From Chiloscyllium plagiosum (taxonomy: Eukaryota), in the NCBI RefSeq assembly GCF_004010195.1, contig NW_025214721.1:1-50000 (forward strand): a stretch of DNA of 50,000 nt, given 5' to 3'. The notes beneath the pieces are model-generated. The model did not search any database, had not been told where the DNA came from, and worked only from the letters and a program-made list of their open reading frames with translations. The translations under genes and the position numbers were made by a program. Shown here in pieces: positions 24,145-35,173 of this stretch; position 1 is the stretch's first letter, and every line of letters begins with the position of its first letter.

Positions 24145-24774
24145 CCAAGTAAAAACCGAAAGAACTGCAGATGCTTTATATCAGAAACAGGAACATAAAT
24201 TGCTGGAAAAGCTCACAGGTCTGGTAGTACCTGTGGAGAGAAATCAGAGTTAATGTTTTGGGTCAGGTGACCCTTCCTCAGAAATGATGGTGACTAGGAA
24301 AATATTGGTTTGTATGCAAAAGATAGGGTGGGTGGAGGGGAGAAGGAGTAAATGATAGATGGGGATATAGCCCAGAGAGAGAGAAGAACAGTTGGTCAGA
24401 CAATGGAGTGGATAATGATCTGGCGAGAGAGGTGAATAGCTATTAATGGGGACTATTAGTGGCTGTTAGTGACTGTTGCACGCAACCCATTGTTAGTCAC
24501 TAACTGTCCCCATTAATAGCTATTCAGCCCCCTAGCCAGATCATTATCCACTGCTTTGTCTGTCCAACTGTTATTCTCTCTGTTTGAGATCTATTCCTAC
24601 CTATCGTTTACTCCTTATCAGCTACCCTCACCCTAACTTCTGCATACAAATCAACATTTCCTACTTATCGTCATTTCTGAGGAAGGGTCACCTGACCCAA
24701 AATGTTAACTCTGATTTCTCTCCACGATGTTGCCAGACCTGCTGAGCTTTCACAGCAATTTAGGTTTCTGTTTC
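24145..24774. mobile_element. Palindromic Penelope-type terminal-repeat element (~280-bp inverted arms) in HEMGN intron 1
   Basis: ~24182-24462 is the reverse complement of ~24495-24776. Each arm has CTGAGGA-A-GGGTC-ACCT-GACCC-AAAA (hammerhead with G12A). TSD TGAAAACAAG at 24135-24144 and 24775-24784. Confidence 0.85.
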
Positions 24775-26069
24775 TGAAAACAAGGAATTTGACCCAACCA
24801 TTCCATATTTGTGCTTATCCCTCCATGCAATGAGAAATATCTCCTGTTATCCTTCTCCTGGCTTCAGGTACTTCTTCATCTAAAATTGTGGGTGCAGTTT
24901 TAGGCTCATAAAAGTATAAAAGCAGGATATACATTTCTTACCTTCGTTGGCTGAGATGGGATGTGGGGAAATGGGAAGGCTTTGGGACAACGTTAATGAT
25001 CCAAATGCTTTTCCAAGAGAACAACTTGGGCATGTTGCAATGACCACAGAAATTCACACATAATCTAATCTAATCTACTCTAAAAAAAATAACTATTTTT
25101 TGGCCTATGTTTCATGCAAAGTGCTTAATGGCTGCCATAACCTAAAGAGGAGCACTACAGTAGAGGTCACATGATCTCTTGCTCCTTTTGCAAAACACTT
25201 TAAAACTCTGCTGTCTGGTTCTTGACACCTTTACGAGTGAAAACAAAGATCTATGAAACATTTTTCTAGTTTGTACATATGACCTAGTTACTTGACTGTG
25301 GGTATCTTCAATTGCAACTGTTCTCGTGTTCAGCTAGTAAGTCTTCTGTGGCATTCATACTTGACTCTGATTGGGATCAATAATGGCTTTGTGCATTGCG
25401 TTTGCATATCTATAGAAAAGCAAAACCTCTACAATAGCTTCCACTCTGTGAAGAACGCTGACTATCTTGTTATCTGCATTTGGGAGCAGTGAAAATGCCA
25501 ATGGCCTTTAGAACAATCTGCTTCTCCTGAATGGCATCCAAAATATAGTTGGAAAACTTCTGTTTACACCCGGCTTTACTCCCCAGTAACCATCCTTTGC
25601 ATCAAGGGTAGGAAAAAGCTTTGTTGGGGAGAGTGAAGCTAATGCCACTGTGCTCTCTTTTGTGGGCATATTTGTCCATAATCAGTGGGGAATGCTGACT
25701 GTGACATCTGGGTATGTTTTTTGGGATCTCATATTCTTTGTACATGAATTGAATTGAGTATGATATGAAGTGTAATAATAAAAAAAAACATTCAATCACT
25801 TCTGGAAAACAGAAGTTCATGAATTAATTGAAGCATTAGTGAAACTAATTTGTAACAAAATTATGCAGAAACCATAAATATAAGATCAAGTGTAAATGTG
25901 GGGCTTCATAAAGACTAGGATAGATTCTTACATTTGATGACAGCATGAAATAATTTATTTCCTGACTTTCAGCACTACAAATGTAAGACAGTATTTGAAG
26001 GAAAAAACAACATATTAAACCAGAAGTCACATGAGAATGAAAATTTATCCTATTGTTGTTTCCCATCAG

Positions 26070-26148
26070 GAGTTCTTCCTTATCATTTGCGAGATCGTGA
26101 ACAACTCAGGAAAAGGAAGCTGGAAAATCAAGAGAAGAAAACCTCACA
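26070..26148 (+). CDS. HEMGN: Hemogen coding exon 2 (VLPYHLRDREQLRKRKLENQEKKTS+Q)
   Basis: Acceptor tttcccatcag and perfect donor gtaagt. LRDREQLRKRKLENQEKKTSQ matches the recalled hemogen signature LR(N/D)RELLRKRKAE..EK.T.Q. Confidence 0.9.
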
Positions 26149-26754
26149 GTAAGTGATTAAATATGGCATGATTATAATAACTGTCAAGTATAAGGAAAGA
26201 TGATTTACTGCTAGCCCATCTTAAAGGGATGAACGTGTACATACTCAGGGTGGAAGTGCTCAATGCAAAATGAAACATGTGATGTGTGTGAACTCACAAT
26301 TTAAAACCAATCCCAACTTTGTACTGGTTAGTTTCACAGATGAATATTATGTGGTAAAAATTGTAATTATGATGGTCTTATATTTGCTAGTTTTGCTCAA
26401 TCCAATGGCCTGTTTCCTCAGAAAAGTGAAAATATTTGTCTTTTTCTCTTGAACTGGTGGGGGCATTAAAAAAGATAAGGCAAAATAGCAGGTGGTTTTC
26501 ACAGGATCATTGGTCAAGCTAGTATGTATTATTTATTCTTGGAGGTGATGGTGAGCTGCCTCACTGGCTTGCTAGGGCCATTTCAGAGGACAGATACTAC
26601 TACTTTGCTGTGAGTCTGCAGTCATGAATCAGCAAAACTGGGGAAAAATGACAAATTTACTTGCCTAAAAGACAATAGTACACGGGATAGGATTTTATGA
26701 CAATCCAGGCCATATATTTATATAAATAATTCCTATACACATTTGTACTCCAAA

Positions 26755-27280
26755 GTCCATAGAATTACAAGAAATGCACAGCCCTGAAAGAAGCCATTTA
26801 GCCCATTTAGCCAATGCTAGTATTTATGCTCCACTTGACCCTTTTCTTATCTAACTATTAACATAACCCATTATTCCCTTCTCCCTCAAGTGTTTATCTA
26901 TATTCCCCATACTGTTCATCTTAACCACTCCCTGTGGTAACCATTTCCACATTCTTATCACTCTCTGACTAAAGAATTTTCTCCTGAGTTCAGTTTGATT
27001 CTTTGGTGACTATCTTATCTTGATAGCCTCTAGTTTTACTCTTTACTCAGTAGTAGAAGCAGTCTGTGTTATTCTATCAGAACATTTCATAATTTTCAAA
27101 ACTCAAATTAGGTTATTGTGCAGACTTCCAAATCCGAGGTGAGTCCCAGTCTCCTCCTATTCCTGCTAGGTATATCCTCATAGTTCTGACAAAATCTTTG
27201 TCAACATTTTTTGCACTTTCCCCGTTGTTTGATTATATGGCAACCACATAATACACCATGCTCCAGGTATCGTCCAACCA
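26755..27280 (-). mobile_element. CR1 LINE 3' fragment, degenerate
   Basis: accactccctgtggtaaccatttccacattcttatcactctctgactaaagaattt is the reverse complement of a CR1 NFFSQRV..MW-like motif. Confidence 0.55.
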
Positions 27281-27874
27281 CTGTGTTTTTGTTAATTTGT
27301 TGGATTTTAGCATTTTTAGCAAGATCAACATTTATTGCTTAGCTGTGTGTCATTGCAACGCTATCTCGAGGTTGTGCAGGACATCTAATGTTGCACAAAC
27401 TCCCTTGGTAATGCTATGTCACTGCCAAGCAGCAGACACTGCTGCCTTTGTACTGAAAAGGTGGCCTATTGAGTCAGTCCTTTGGCATTCAGTGAAATTT
27501 GGTTAAAATCCTTGCTGTTGTAGGTGTTGCCCCAATTCCAAATAGAGCCCAGAGCTGCTATCTTTCCTTCATTCTACCATGAGGAGCTGCCTGGAAACAC
27601 TGCTGGTACTACTTTCAGGGTCTTTGCCCCATCTCAGACCTCTCCAGTAGCAGAAATTGGGCCTCAGCAGGGCCGTGCATGCATGTGCAGATGTTGAGGT
27701 TAATCCACACACATACAGTGCTGATGACCGTACATGCACGGTTGTATTCTGACTTAAGGCAGTCTTTCACCAGCAACTGATGTCACGAGGCCTGTTTGCG
27801 CGGGTGGCCATTTTGACAGTCATCTATGTGGTTGGGCTAATTTGTCCATTATTGCCCAGCCATATTTTTCTTGC

Positions 27875-28143
27875 AGTCCACACTGAACTTCTGAAGAGTA
27901 ACCCACCCATACCCATTTCCCGCTGACCAATGCACCTAACAATATAGGCAATTTAGCATGGCCAATTCACCTGTCCTGCACATCTTTGGATTGTGGGAGG
28001 AAACGAGCACCCAGAGGAAACCCATGCTGACACCCACGGGGAGAATGTGCAAACTCCACACAGATGGTCACCTGAGGCAGGAATCAAACCGGGTCCCTGG
28101 CGCTCTGAGGAAGCATTGTTCATGACTGAGCCACCATGCCGCT
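27875..28143 (-). mobile_element. HE1-type V-SINE
   Basis: Reverse-complement V-domain and tRNA head. Confidence 0.85.
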
Positions 28144-28243
28144 CCACCTTGTTAAACCATGGCAAACCCTGTAGTATATGTACAATTACAGAGTTTTAGG
28201 GAGAGAATTTCAGGATTTTGACTCAAAAACAGTGAAGGAATGG

Positions 28244-28558
28244 AGATTAGATTAGATTTGATTTGATTACTTACAGTGTGGAAACAGGTCCTTCGGCCCA
28301 ACAAGTCCACACCGACCCTCCGAAGAGCAACCCACCCAGACCCATTCCCCTACATTTACCCCTTCACCTAACACTACGGGCAATTTTGCATGCCCAATTC
28401 ACCTAACCTGCACATCTTTGGACTGTGGGAGGAAACCAGAGCACCCGGAGGAAACCCACGCAGACACGGGGAGAATGTGCAAACTCCACACAGGCAGTCA
28501 CTTGAGGCGGGAATTCAACCCGGTCCCTGGCTCTGTGAGGCAGCAGTGCTAACCACTG
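28244..28558 (-). mobile_element. HE1-type V-SINE, young
   Basis: (gatta)n tail; near reverse complement of 3671-3985. Confidence 0.9.
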
Positions 28559-28609
28559 GATAGAGGATAGAAGATAGAGGATAGTGTGGAGCTGGCAGTT
28601 GGGGTGTTT

Positions 28610-29810
28610 TTCTTTTATTCATGCACGGGACTTTGCTGTCGCTGGCTAGGCCAGCATTTTATTGCCCATCTCTAATTATCCAGAAGGCAGTTAAGAGTTG
28701 ACCAAATTGCTTTGGGTCTGGAGTTACATGTCAGGCAGACCAGCTAAGGATGGCAGTTTCTTTCCCTGGAGGAGATTAATGAGCCAGATGGTTTTTTCCA
28801 ACAATTGACAATGGTTTCATGCTCATCATTGGATTCTTAATTCCAGGTATCTGCTGCCGTTCTGTTCCAAGGTAGAGACCGTGTGTTTGGAGATTCTGTC
28901 GAAGGAATCTCATGAGTTGTTGGCCATTATTCTAGACAATGGTACTGCTGCCATGATGTGCTGATGGTGGAGATTCTAAATGTTTCATTAAGGGATCAAT
29001 GGTATTTCTGAACAAATGAGCTACTTAATCTGATGTTGTTAATTTCTTAATTGTTGATGGAACTGGACACATCAAGGCAAATGGGGAATATCCATCACAC
29101 TTTAGATGGTGGATAGGCTTTGGGGAGTTATGAGATGAGGTATCACTGCAGAATTCTGAGCCTCTGAGATGTTCTGATAGCCACAGTATTTAAATCTCTC
29201 AAAGTGAACACCCCAGGATGTTTTTGATGGGGAAACAAATGATGGTAACGCCATGGAATGCCAAGAGAAGGTAGTTTTATTTTATCTCTTTGGAGATGGT
29301 TATTGGTAAGCACTTGTTATTTACCACTTATTAGCCCAAGCCTGAATATTGTCCATGTCTTGCTGCATGCAGTCACACACTAGTGTCTGAGAAGTTGCAA
29401 ATAAAACTGAACATTGTGCAATCATAAGTGGATTTGCCCACTTCTGACCTTGTGCTGAAAGAATGATCATTGATAAAGCAACTAAAGACATTTATGTCAA
29501 GGATACTACTCCTGAAATGATATCCTAAGGTTGAAGTGATTGGCCTCCAGTAAATACAGTCATCTTTCTTTATGTTTCCTACGACTAACTAGTGGATGGT
29601 TTTCCCTCTGATCCTATTGATTTCCACTTTGTTCAGCCTTCTTCATGCCATACTCCGTAAAATTGTGTCTGGATGTCAATGCTGTCACTGTTACATTACC
29701 ACACAGACTTTGGGTCTTTTGTTTGTGTTTAGGTGCATTCGAGTGAGTCTGGAACTGAGTGACCCTGACAGAACTCAAGCTGAGCTTTGAGCAGGTTCCT
29801 GCTGTGTAAA
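28610..29810 (-). mobile_element. Old non-LTR retrotransposon 3' region, clade uncertain
   Basis: ggccagcattttattgccc terminus with related pieces at ~26510-26710, 42100-42210(+) and 43720-44030. No intact ORF. Confidence 0.45.
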
Positions 29811-30933
29811 TGCATGAGTGAATAAGAATGATTTATGTTCTATTTTGAGTGATTAGTTTTATAGTCAAGTGAAAACGTTGCACATTGAAATGTATAGAGT
29901 ACAAACTAGAGACGTATATCTGAATATATATGTATTTTACTTTGTTTACATTTTCTTACTGTGTCTTATTTATTCTCAATTATGGGCTCCATTTCTGAAT
30001 GTAATTGACTCAACAGGTTAAGATCACCAATCAGTTAGCACTAATTATCTTCTGTGGTGAATGTTCAGTTGGTGTTCTTTCACCTGGGATATTTTGAAAG
30101 CAAGAAATAGTTAAAAGGACTCCAACCAGCTTGTTTATTAACTAATTAACTTAATGGCTGTCAAAAGCCTTTTAGCCTTCGGTAGTAAAATTACCATGCA
30201 AACATGAAATTATTCAGCAGGTCTGGCCAAATCTGTGGATAGAGAAAGACTTAAAATTTAAGCTGAATGATAATTTGTCAGATCAGTTTGTACTCACTAA
30301 CTTTTAACTCTGTTCCTCAGCATGGAAATGTTGCTTAAGCTGCTGAGTATTTCCGTCATTTTCTGATTTTGTTTTAGTTTTTCACTGTCTGCAGTGTTTT
30401 GCTTTCACATTAAGTTACATTGTTTCATGCTGGAAATGGGACGAAAGCAGAGTTATTTATTCGAGTCCAGTGACTCTTCAATATAACTCCAGTAATCTCT
30501 GTTTTTGTTTCGGATCTCCAGCATCTGCCAGTTCTTTCTCATGTTATCTTACTCTGTTGTGCACCATCTAACGCATAGGTGCTTGTTGGCATTCTATCTG
30601 GATATACAGAAAGTTGTTTTGTACTTTACTATTCTCATTCTATCAAGATTTTGTACTTGCTTGTTAACATGTAAGTCTCTTCCCCATTCCATTGACCGCA
30701 ATGGGACTGAATAACAAGCGTTCTGTAAAGAGAGCGAAATTCTGATTGTGCCTCTATTTCACATCTACCTGAATTGAATTCTACCTTCATGTTTTCCAAG
30801 ATTCTTACCAATTGTTAGCAATAAGTCTTTCCTTAAGATTTTTTGTTTAAATTGTCTAAGTATTGTGTCATACATGAAACATTTGCCAAACGTGTAAAGC
30901 TGTCCTTTTGTACTTGCGATCATCAATTCACAG

Positions 30934-31163
30934 GGAGGAGATAAAGGGAAAAAGAGGAAGAAAGGCAAAGGCTAAGGGACCAAGGAACACGAAAAAGCCA
31001 GTAGCTGAACCAAGTCCTAGCCCAAAACCAGAGTCTGCACAAGAACATACAGAGGAGACCAAAGGCGAACCAATTCATCCTGACCCTGAAAGTGAGAGGC
31101 CTGCATCGCTGGAAGAAACTGCACAGCTTTTTATAACTGAGGGGATACCCATTCCTGCAACAG
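30934..31163 (+). CDS. HEMGN: Hemogen coding exon 3 (basic NLS-like segment, then P/E-rich region)
   Basis: Acceptor ttcacag with phase-2 start completing CA|G; open frame EEIKGKRGRKAKAKGPRNTKK...IPIPAT; donor CAG|gtattc, phase 1. Confidence 0.85.
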
Positions 31164-31679
31164 GTATTCCAACATACCCAGATCATGAGGACTTAACTCA
31201 GTAGCAAGGATTCAGTGTATTTTATTTTGGCATCAGGAAAAAAACACACTCAAAATAATTAATCCAATAGGAGACCAGTCATAGCGTTCAAGGGTAAACC
31301 ACTTTGCAAAATGTGTGCTTTTAATGTTCTTAATTTTTGTAATTCTCTACCCAAGAACACTGTCATTGCTCAATCATCCAGTATGTCAGGAATAGAGATC
31401 AATAGATTTGAGTACTGAGGAAATTGGAGGACAGTAGGATATTGAGGGGAAGTGGCATTGAGGTAGAAGATCATCCATGACTTTATTGAATGGTGGAGCA
31501 GTTTGTTTTCTGATGCAATTAGACATCTTTAAGATTGCTTCACCAAATATTTCATAGAAAATAATGCAATGGTTTGGTATATTTATTATACTATCGTGGA
31601 ATAATCAACTAAAATAATTTGAAATTCCTGTAAAAAACATTTTCAGTAGGTTTATTATTGCACTGTAGCTTTGCAATTA

Positions 31680-31896
31680 CAGGTCATTCTGCTATAACAC
31701 GTGTTTCGTTAACACAAATTCACTGTAATGCAATTGACGAATTGGGGATGCTGTTTCTAAAGCACAACTTTTTAAAATGTGTATTGGCTATAATGTAATG
31801 ACATCACCAACACTTTTAAGTGCTGTTTCTAAAATGTGATTTTTCTATAATGCGGAGTTGCACAAGAACGCAACCATGTTATAGAAGAACTACCTG
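31680..31896. mobile_element. Tigger/pogo-like (Tc1/mariner) MITE in HEMGN intron 3
   Basis: Imperfect TIRs caggtcattctgctataaca and tgttatagaagaactacctg, flanked by TA at 31678-31679 and 31897-31898. Confidence 0.8.
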
Positions 31897-31933
31897 TAAA
31901 TTAAAATATCACATTTATTACCATATCTTCTAG

Positions 31934-32043
31934 ATGTGCCTGGAGAAGCAGAGCCAGTTGATGTGGAAACACCGGTGATCCAAGCTGAACATGTGCCTGA
32001 AGAAAATGCAGCATTAGAAGAACCAATAGTTCTGAGCTTTTGA
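31934..32043 (+). CDS. HEMGN: Hemogen coding exon 4 (acidic tail DVPGEAEP...EEPIVLSF*)
   Basis: Acceptor atatcttctag with phase-1 start completing G|AT; TGA at 32041-32043. The joined CDS is 468 nt = 155 aa + stop. Confidence 0.8.
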
Positions 32044-32450
32044 ATGCCACAGAACTCATTTAGGTTTTCTCCACCAATTGTTATTGGAAAGATAATAGTA
32101 GTACTCTTTGTTATAATCAAACACTCTATTGCAAAAGTAAACTCACATCCTGTTAGTATGTGATGCAACACTTTGGTGTTTAAATGCATGTTAAGACCTG
32201 TTTTCTGAGGTGGCAACACCTAAAATGGAATGTGATATTGAGACTCTGCTATCCCCTATCCATTACTGAAGCATAGTATTGGAAATTTAAGAAAGGACAA
32301 GAATGGCTTTCTTTTTAAAGCAAGGGGGACATCCCTCCTGCAGATAGGTAAATAACATGGAACTATCTGACAGACAGCATGACAACAGAGCATTTGGTCC
32401 AATGCTCTATGCTTGTGTTCATGCTCCATATCAACCCACTTTAGCAACAG

Positions 32451-33569
32451 TCAAAATGTGTGTCGCTGGGAAAGCACAGCAGGTCAGGCAGCATTTGAGG
32501 AGCAGGCAAGTCGACGTTTATAACCCCTTCATCAGGATTGGTTGGAGCTTGGAGGGATGGGAAGGGGCTGAGAGATAAATAGAATGCTGGGGGTGGGGGA
32601 AAGGTAGCTGGAAAGTGTTAAGTAGATGTAGGTGGGGTGGGGTGATGGAGATAGATCAGAGGGGAGGGTGGAGCAGATAGGTGGGAAGGAAGATGGACAG
32701 GTAGGACAGTTCAAGAGGGTAGTGCCAGATTGGAGGGTTGGATCTGGGATGAGCTGGGGGGGAGGTGATAAGGAAACTGGTGAAGTTGATGTTGATGCCG
32801 TGTGGTTGGAGGGTCCCAAGGCGGAAGATGAGGCGTTCTTCGTCCAGTCATCAGTTGGCTTGGGGTGTATGTGTGTGTGTGTGGGGAAGGGGGGTGGAGG
32901 TGGAGGGGATGGTGAGGAGAAGGCCCAGGACTTGCATGTTGTTGGCAGGGTGGGAGGGGGAGTTGAAGTGGTCAGCCACAGAGCGCTGGGGTTGTTTGGT
33001 ACATGTGTCTTGGAGATGTTCCCTGAAATACTCACAAGTCATGGGCGTCCTCCACCACCCCCTTCTCACTCCCCCCAGGACATGCAAGTCCTGGCCCTTC
33101 TTCACCACCAAATCCAAGCCAACTCACAACTGGAGAAAGAACGCCTCATCTTCTGCCTGGGGACTCACCAACCATATGGCATCTACATCGACTTCACCAG
33201 TTTGCTTATCTCCCTTCCCCCAACCTCATCCCAGATCCAACCTACAACTCAGCACCACCCTCTCGAACTGTCCTATCTGTCCATCTTACTTCTTACCTAT
33301 CCACTCCACCCTATCCTCCAAAATATCACCATTATGCCTCACCTGCATCTACCTATCACCTTTCCAGCTATCTTCCCCTCACCCCCACCCTCCTATTTAT
33401 TTCTCAACCCCTTTCCACGCCCCCCAATGTTCCTGATGAAGGGCTTATGCCTGAAATGTCGATTCTCCTGCTCCTTGGATGCTGCCTGACCTGCTATACT
33501 TTTCCAGTGCCACACTTTTCGCAGCTGATCTCCAGCATCTGCAGTCCAAACTTTCTCTCATTTGCTCTG
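32451..33569. mobile_element. Palindromic Penelope remnant (inverted GIY-YIG tail plus terminal repeats)
   Basis: Left arm ~32455-32965(-), right arm ~33060-33520(+) encoding QDMQVL...LEKERLIFCLGTHQPYGI. TSD CTTTAGCAACAG at 32439-32450 and 33570-33581. Confidence 0.88.
33430..33463 (+). ncRNA. Minimal type-I hammerhead motif, core intact, sense to HEMGN
   Basis: TTC-CTGATGA-A-GGGC-TTAT-GCCT-GAAA-TG-TC-GAT; predicted cleavage after C33460. Stem I is weak and the stem-III palindrome has decayed (ACGT to ATGT). Confidence 0.55.
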
Positions 33570-34231
33570 CTTTAGCAACAGATCAAGAGTAAGCCATTTA
33601 GCCACATGAACCTGTACTGCCTGCAGAGAGATCATGGCTCGTCTGTGACTCATCTTTGCCCATATCCCCTAAAACCTTTGAGGATAACTTTGGTTAACAA
33701 GGAATATAAATAGATCGGCAGATGCAGTTTTGAGATTCTAGAAATTTAGCAACAAAAGCAGACATTGCTACAGAAACTCAGCAGGTCTGGCAGCACATGT
33801 GGACAAAAAGCAGAGTTAACATTTTGATCCCACTGACCATTCTTCAGAACTCATTCTTACTTCATTTCACCCTGTCAGAATACCTTTCTCTTTCTTTTCT
33901 CCCTCATGTTTATCAAGCCCCACTTTTGAAATGCAGCTATGCTAGTTATTTCACCCACTCCCAGTGGCAGGAAGTTCTTGCCTCTTCGTGTAATGTACTT
34001 TTCTGAATTCCCCAATTTAATTTCTTGATGACTGTTGTTTTTGATTGTCTGTACTATTGTTCTGCCCCACAATTGGAAATATATTTGTGAAGAAGTTTCT
34101 CCTGAAAATTTGCTTGTATTTATTAGTAAGAAGGATAAACAGAACAGACGCGGACACTTTTGTTTCCATTTTTATGTTCCCAATGTGCTTGTCAACTGAT
34201 CTTCATGAATTCGGTGGAACCATCTTTCTTA

Positions 34232-34542
34232 GGGTGACACAGTGGCTCTGTGGTTAGCACTGCTGCCTCACAGCACCAGGATCCCAGGTTCAGTTCCAGC
34301 CTCAGGTAACTGCTGTGTGGAGTTTGCACATTCTCCTCCCGTCTGTGTGGGTTTCCTCCATGTGCTCTGGTTTCCTCCCACAATTCAAAGATGTGCTGGT
34401 CAGGTGAATTGGCCATGCTAAATTGCCCATAGCGTTAAGTGCATTAGTCAGAGGGAAATGGATCTGGGTGGGTTACTCTTCGGAGGGTCGGGTTGGACTG
34501 AAGGGTCTGTTTCCACACTGTAGGGAATCTAATCTAATCTAA
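34232..34542 (+). mobile_element. HE1-type V-SINE
   Basis: tRNA head, V-domain and (aatct)n tail. Confidence 0.88.
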
Positions 34543-34827
34543 TTAGGGAAATTCAAATGAAGGAAATACTTACATTTACCCATATTGTATCCATGTTTAT
34601 TGACATGTAACTGTGGCTAGCATACAAGCCTTTATGGAATAGAAATATTCACAAATTTTAGATATTATCACAAAATTCTGATATCAATAAATACTAAAAC
34701 TTCTCCCTGAAGGAGGCAAACTACATATGACACAGCTTGACAACAGCAACAACTTATTTATAAATCACCCTTAACATAATTAAAACATCCCAAGGTGCTT
34801 CATAGAAATATTACTAAAGAAATTTTA

Positions 34828-34968
34828 GTTAAAAATCACACAACACCAGGTTATAGTCCAATAGATTTACTTGAAAGCACTTCCAAATACACCTGTTGGA
34901 GTATAACCTGGTGTTGTGTGATTTTTTAACTTTGTTCATCCCAGTCCAGCACTGGCACCTCCTCATCA
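34828..34968. mobile_element. Mini palindromic element of the 1275-1950 family, hammerhead core absent
   Basis: Arms 34828-34876 and 34881-34930 are inverted; 3' extension ctttgttcatcccagtccagcactggcacctcctcatca matches 1911-1949. Confidence 0.8.
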
Positions 34969-35173
34969 CAAACAAAATATGATGGATAAGAATCAGAATT
35001 TGGCCAAAGAAGTAGGTTTTTAAGAAGCATCTAAAGAAGGGAGGAAGCTAGAACGACAGAAAAATTTAGGAAGGGAATTCCAGAGTTCATGACTTAAGGA
35101 GTTGTCCACCAAAGGTGGAGCAATTTAAATTGGAAGTGCTCAAGAGGTTAGAATTATATGAGTGTGGATAAAT

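Noticed and set aside
30908..31204. 98-aa ORF as a stand-alone gene
   Set aside because: It starts at a TTG within the intron; better explained as HEMGN exon 3 with splice sites at 30934 and 31163.
32632..33489. 285-aa and 223-aa ORFs downstream of HEMGN
   Set aside because: Low-complexity read-through of the palindromic Penelope remnant; only a short GIY-YIG tail segment is genuine and it is decayed.
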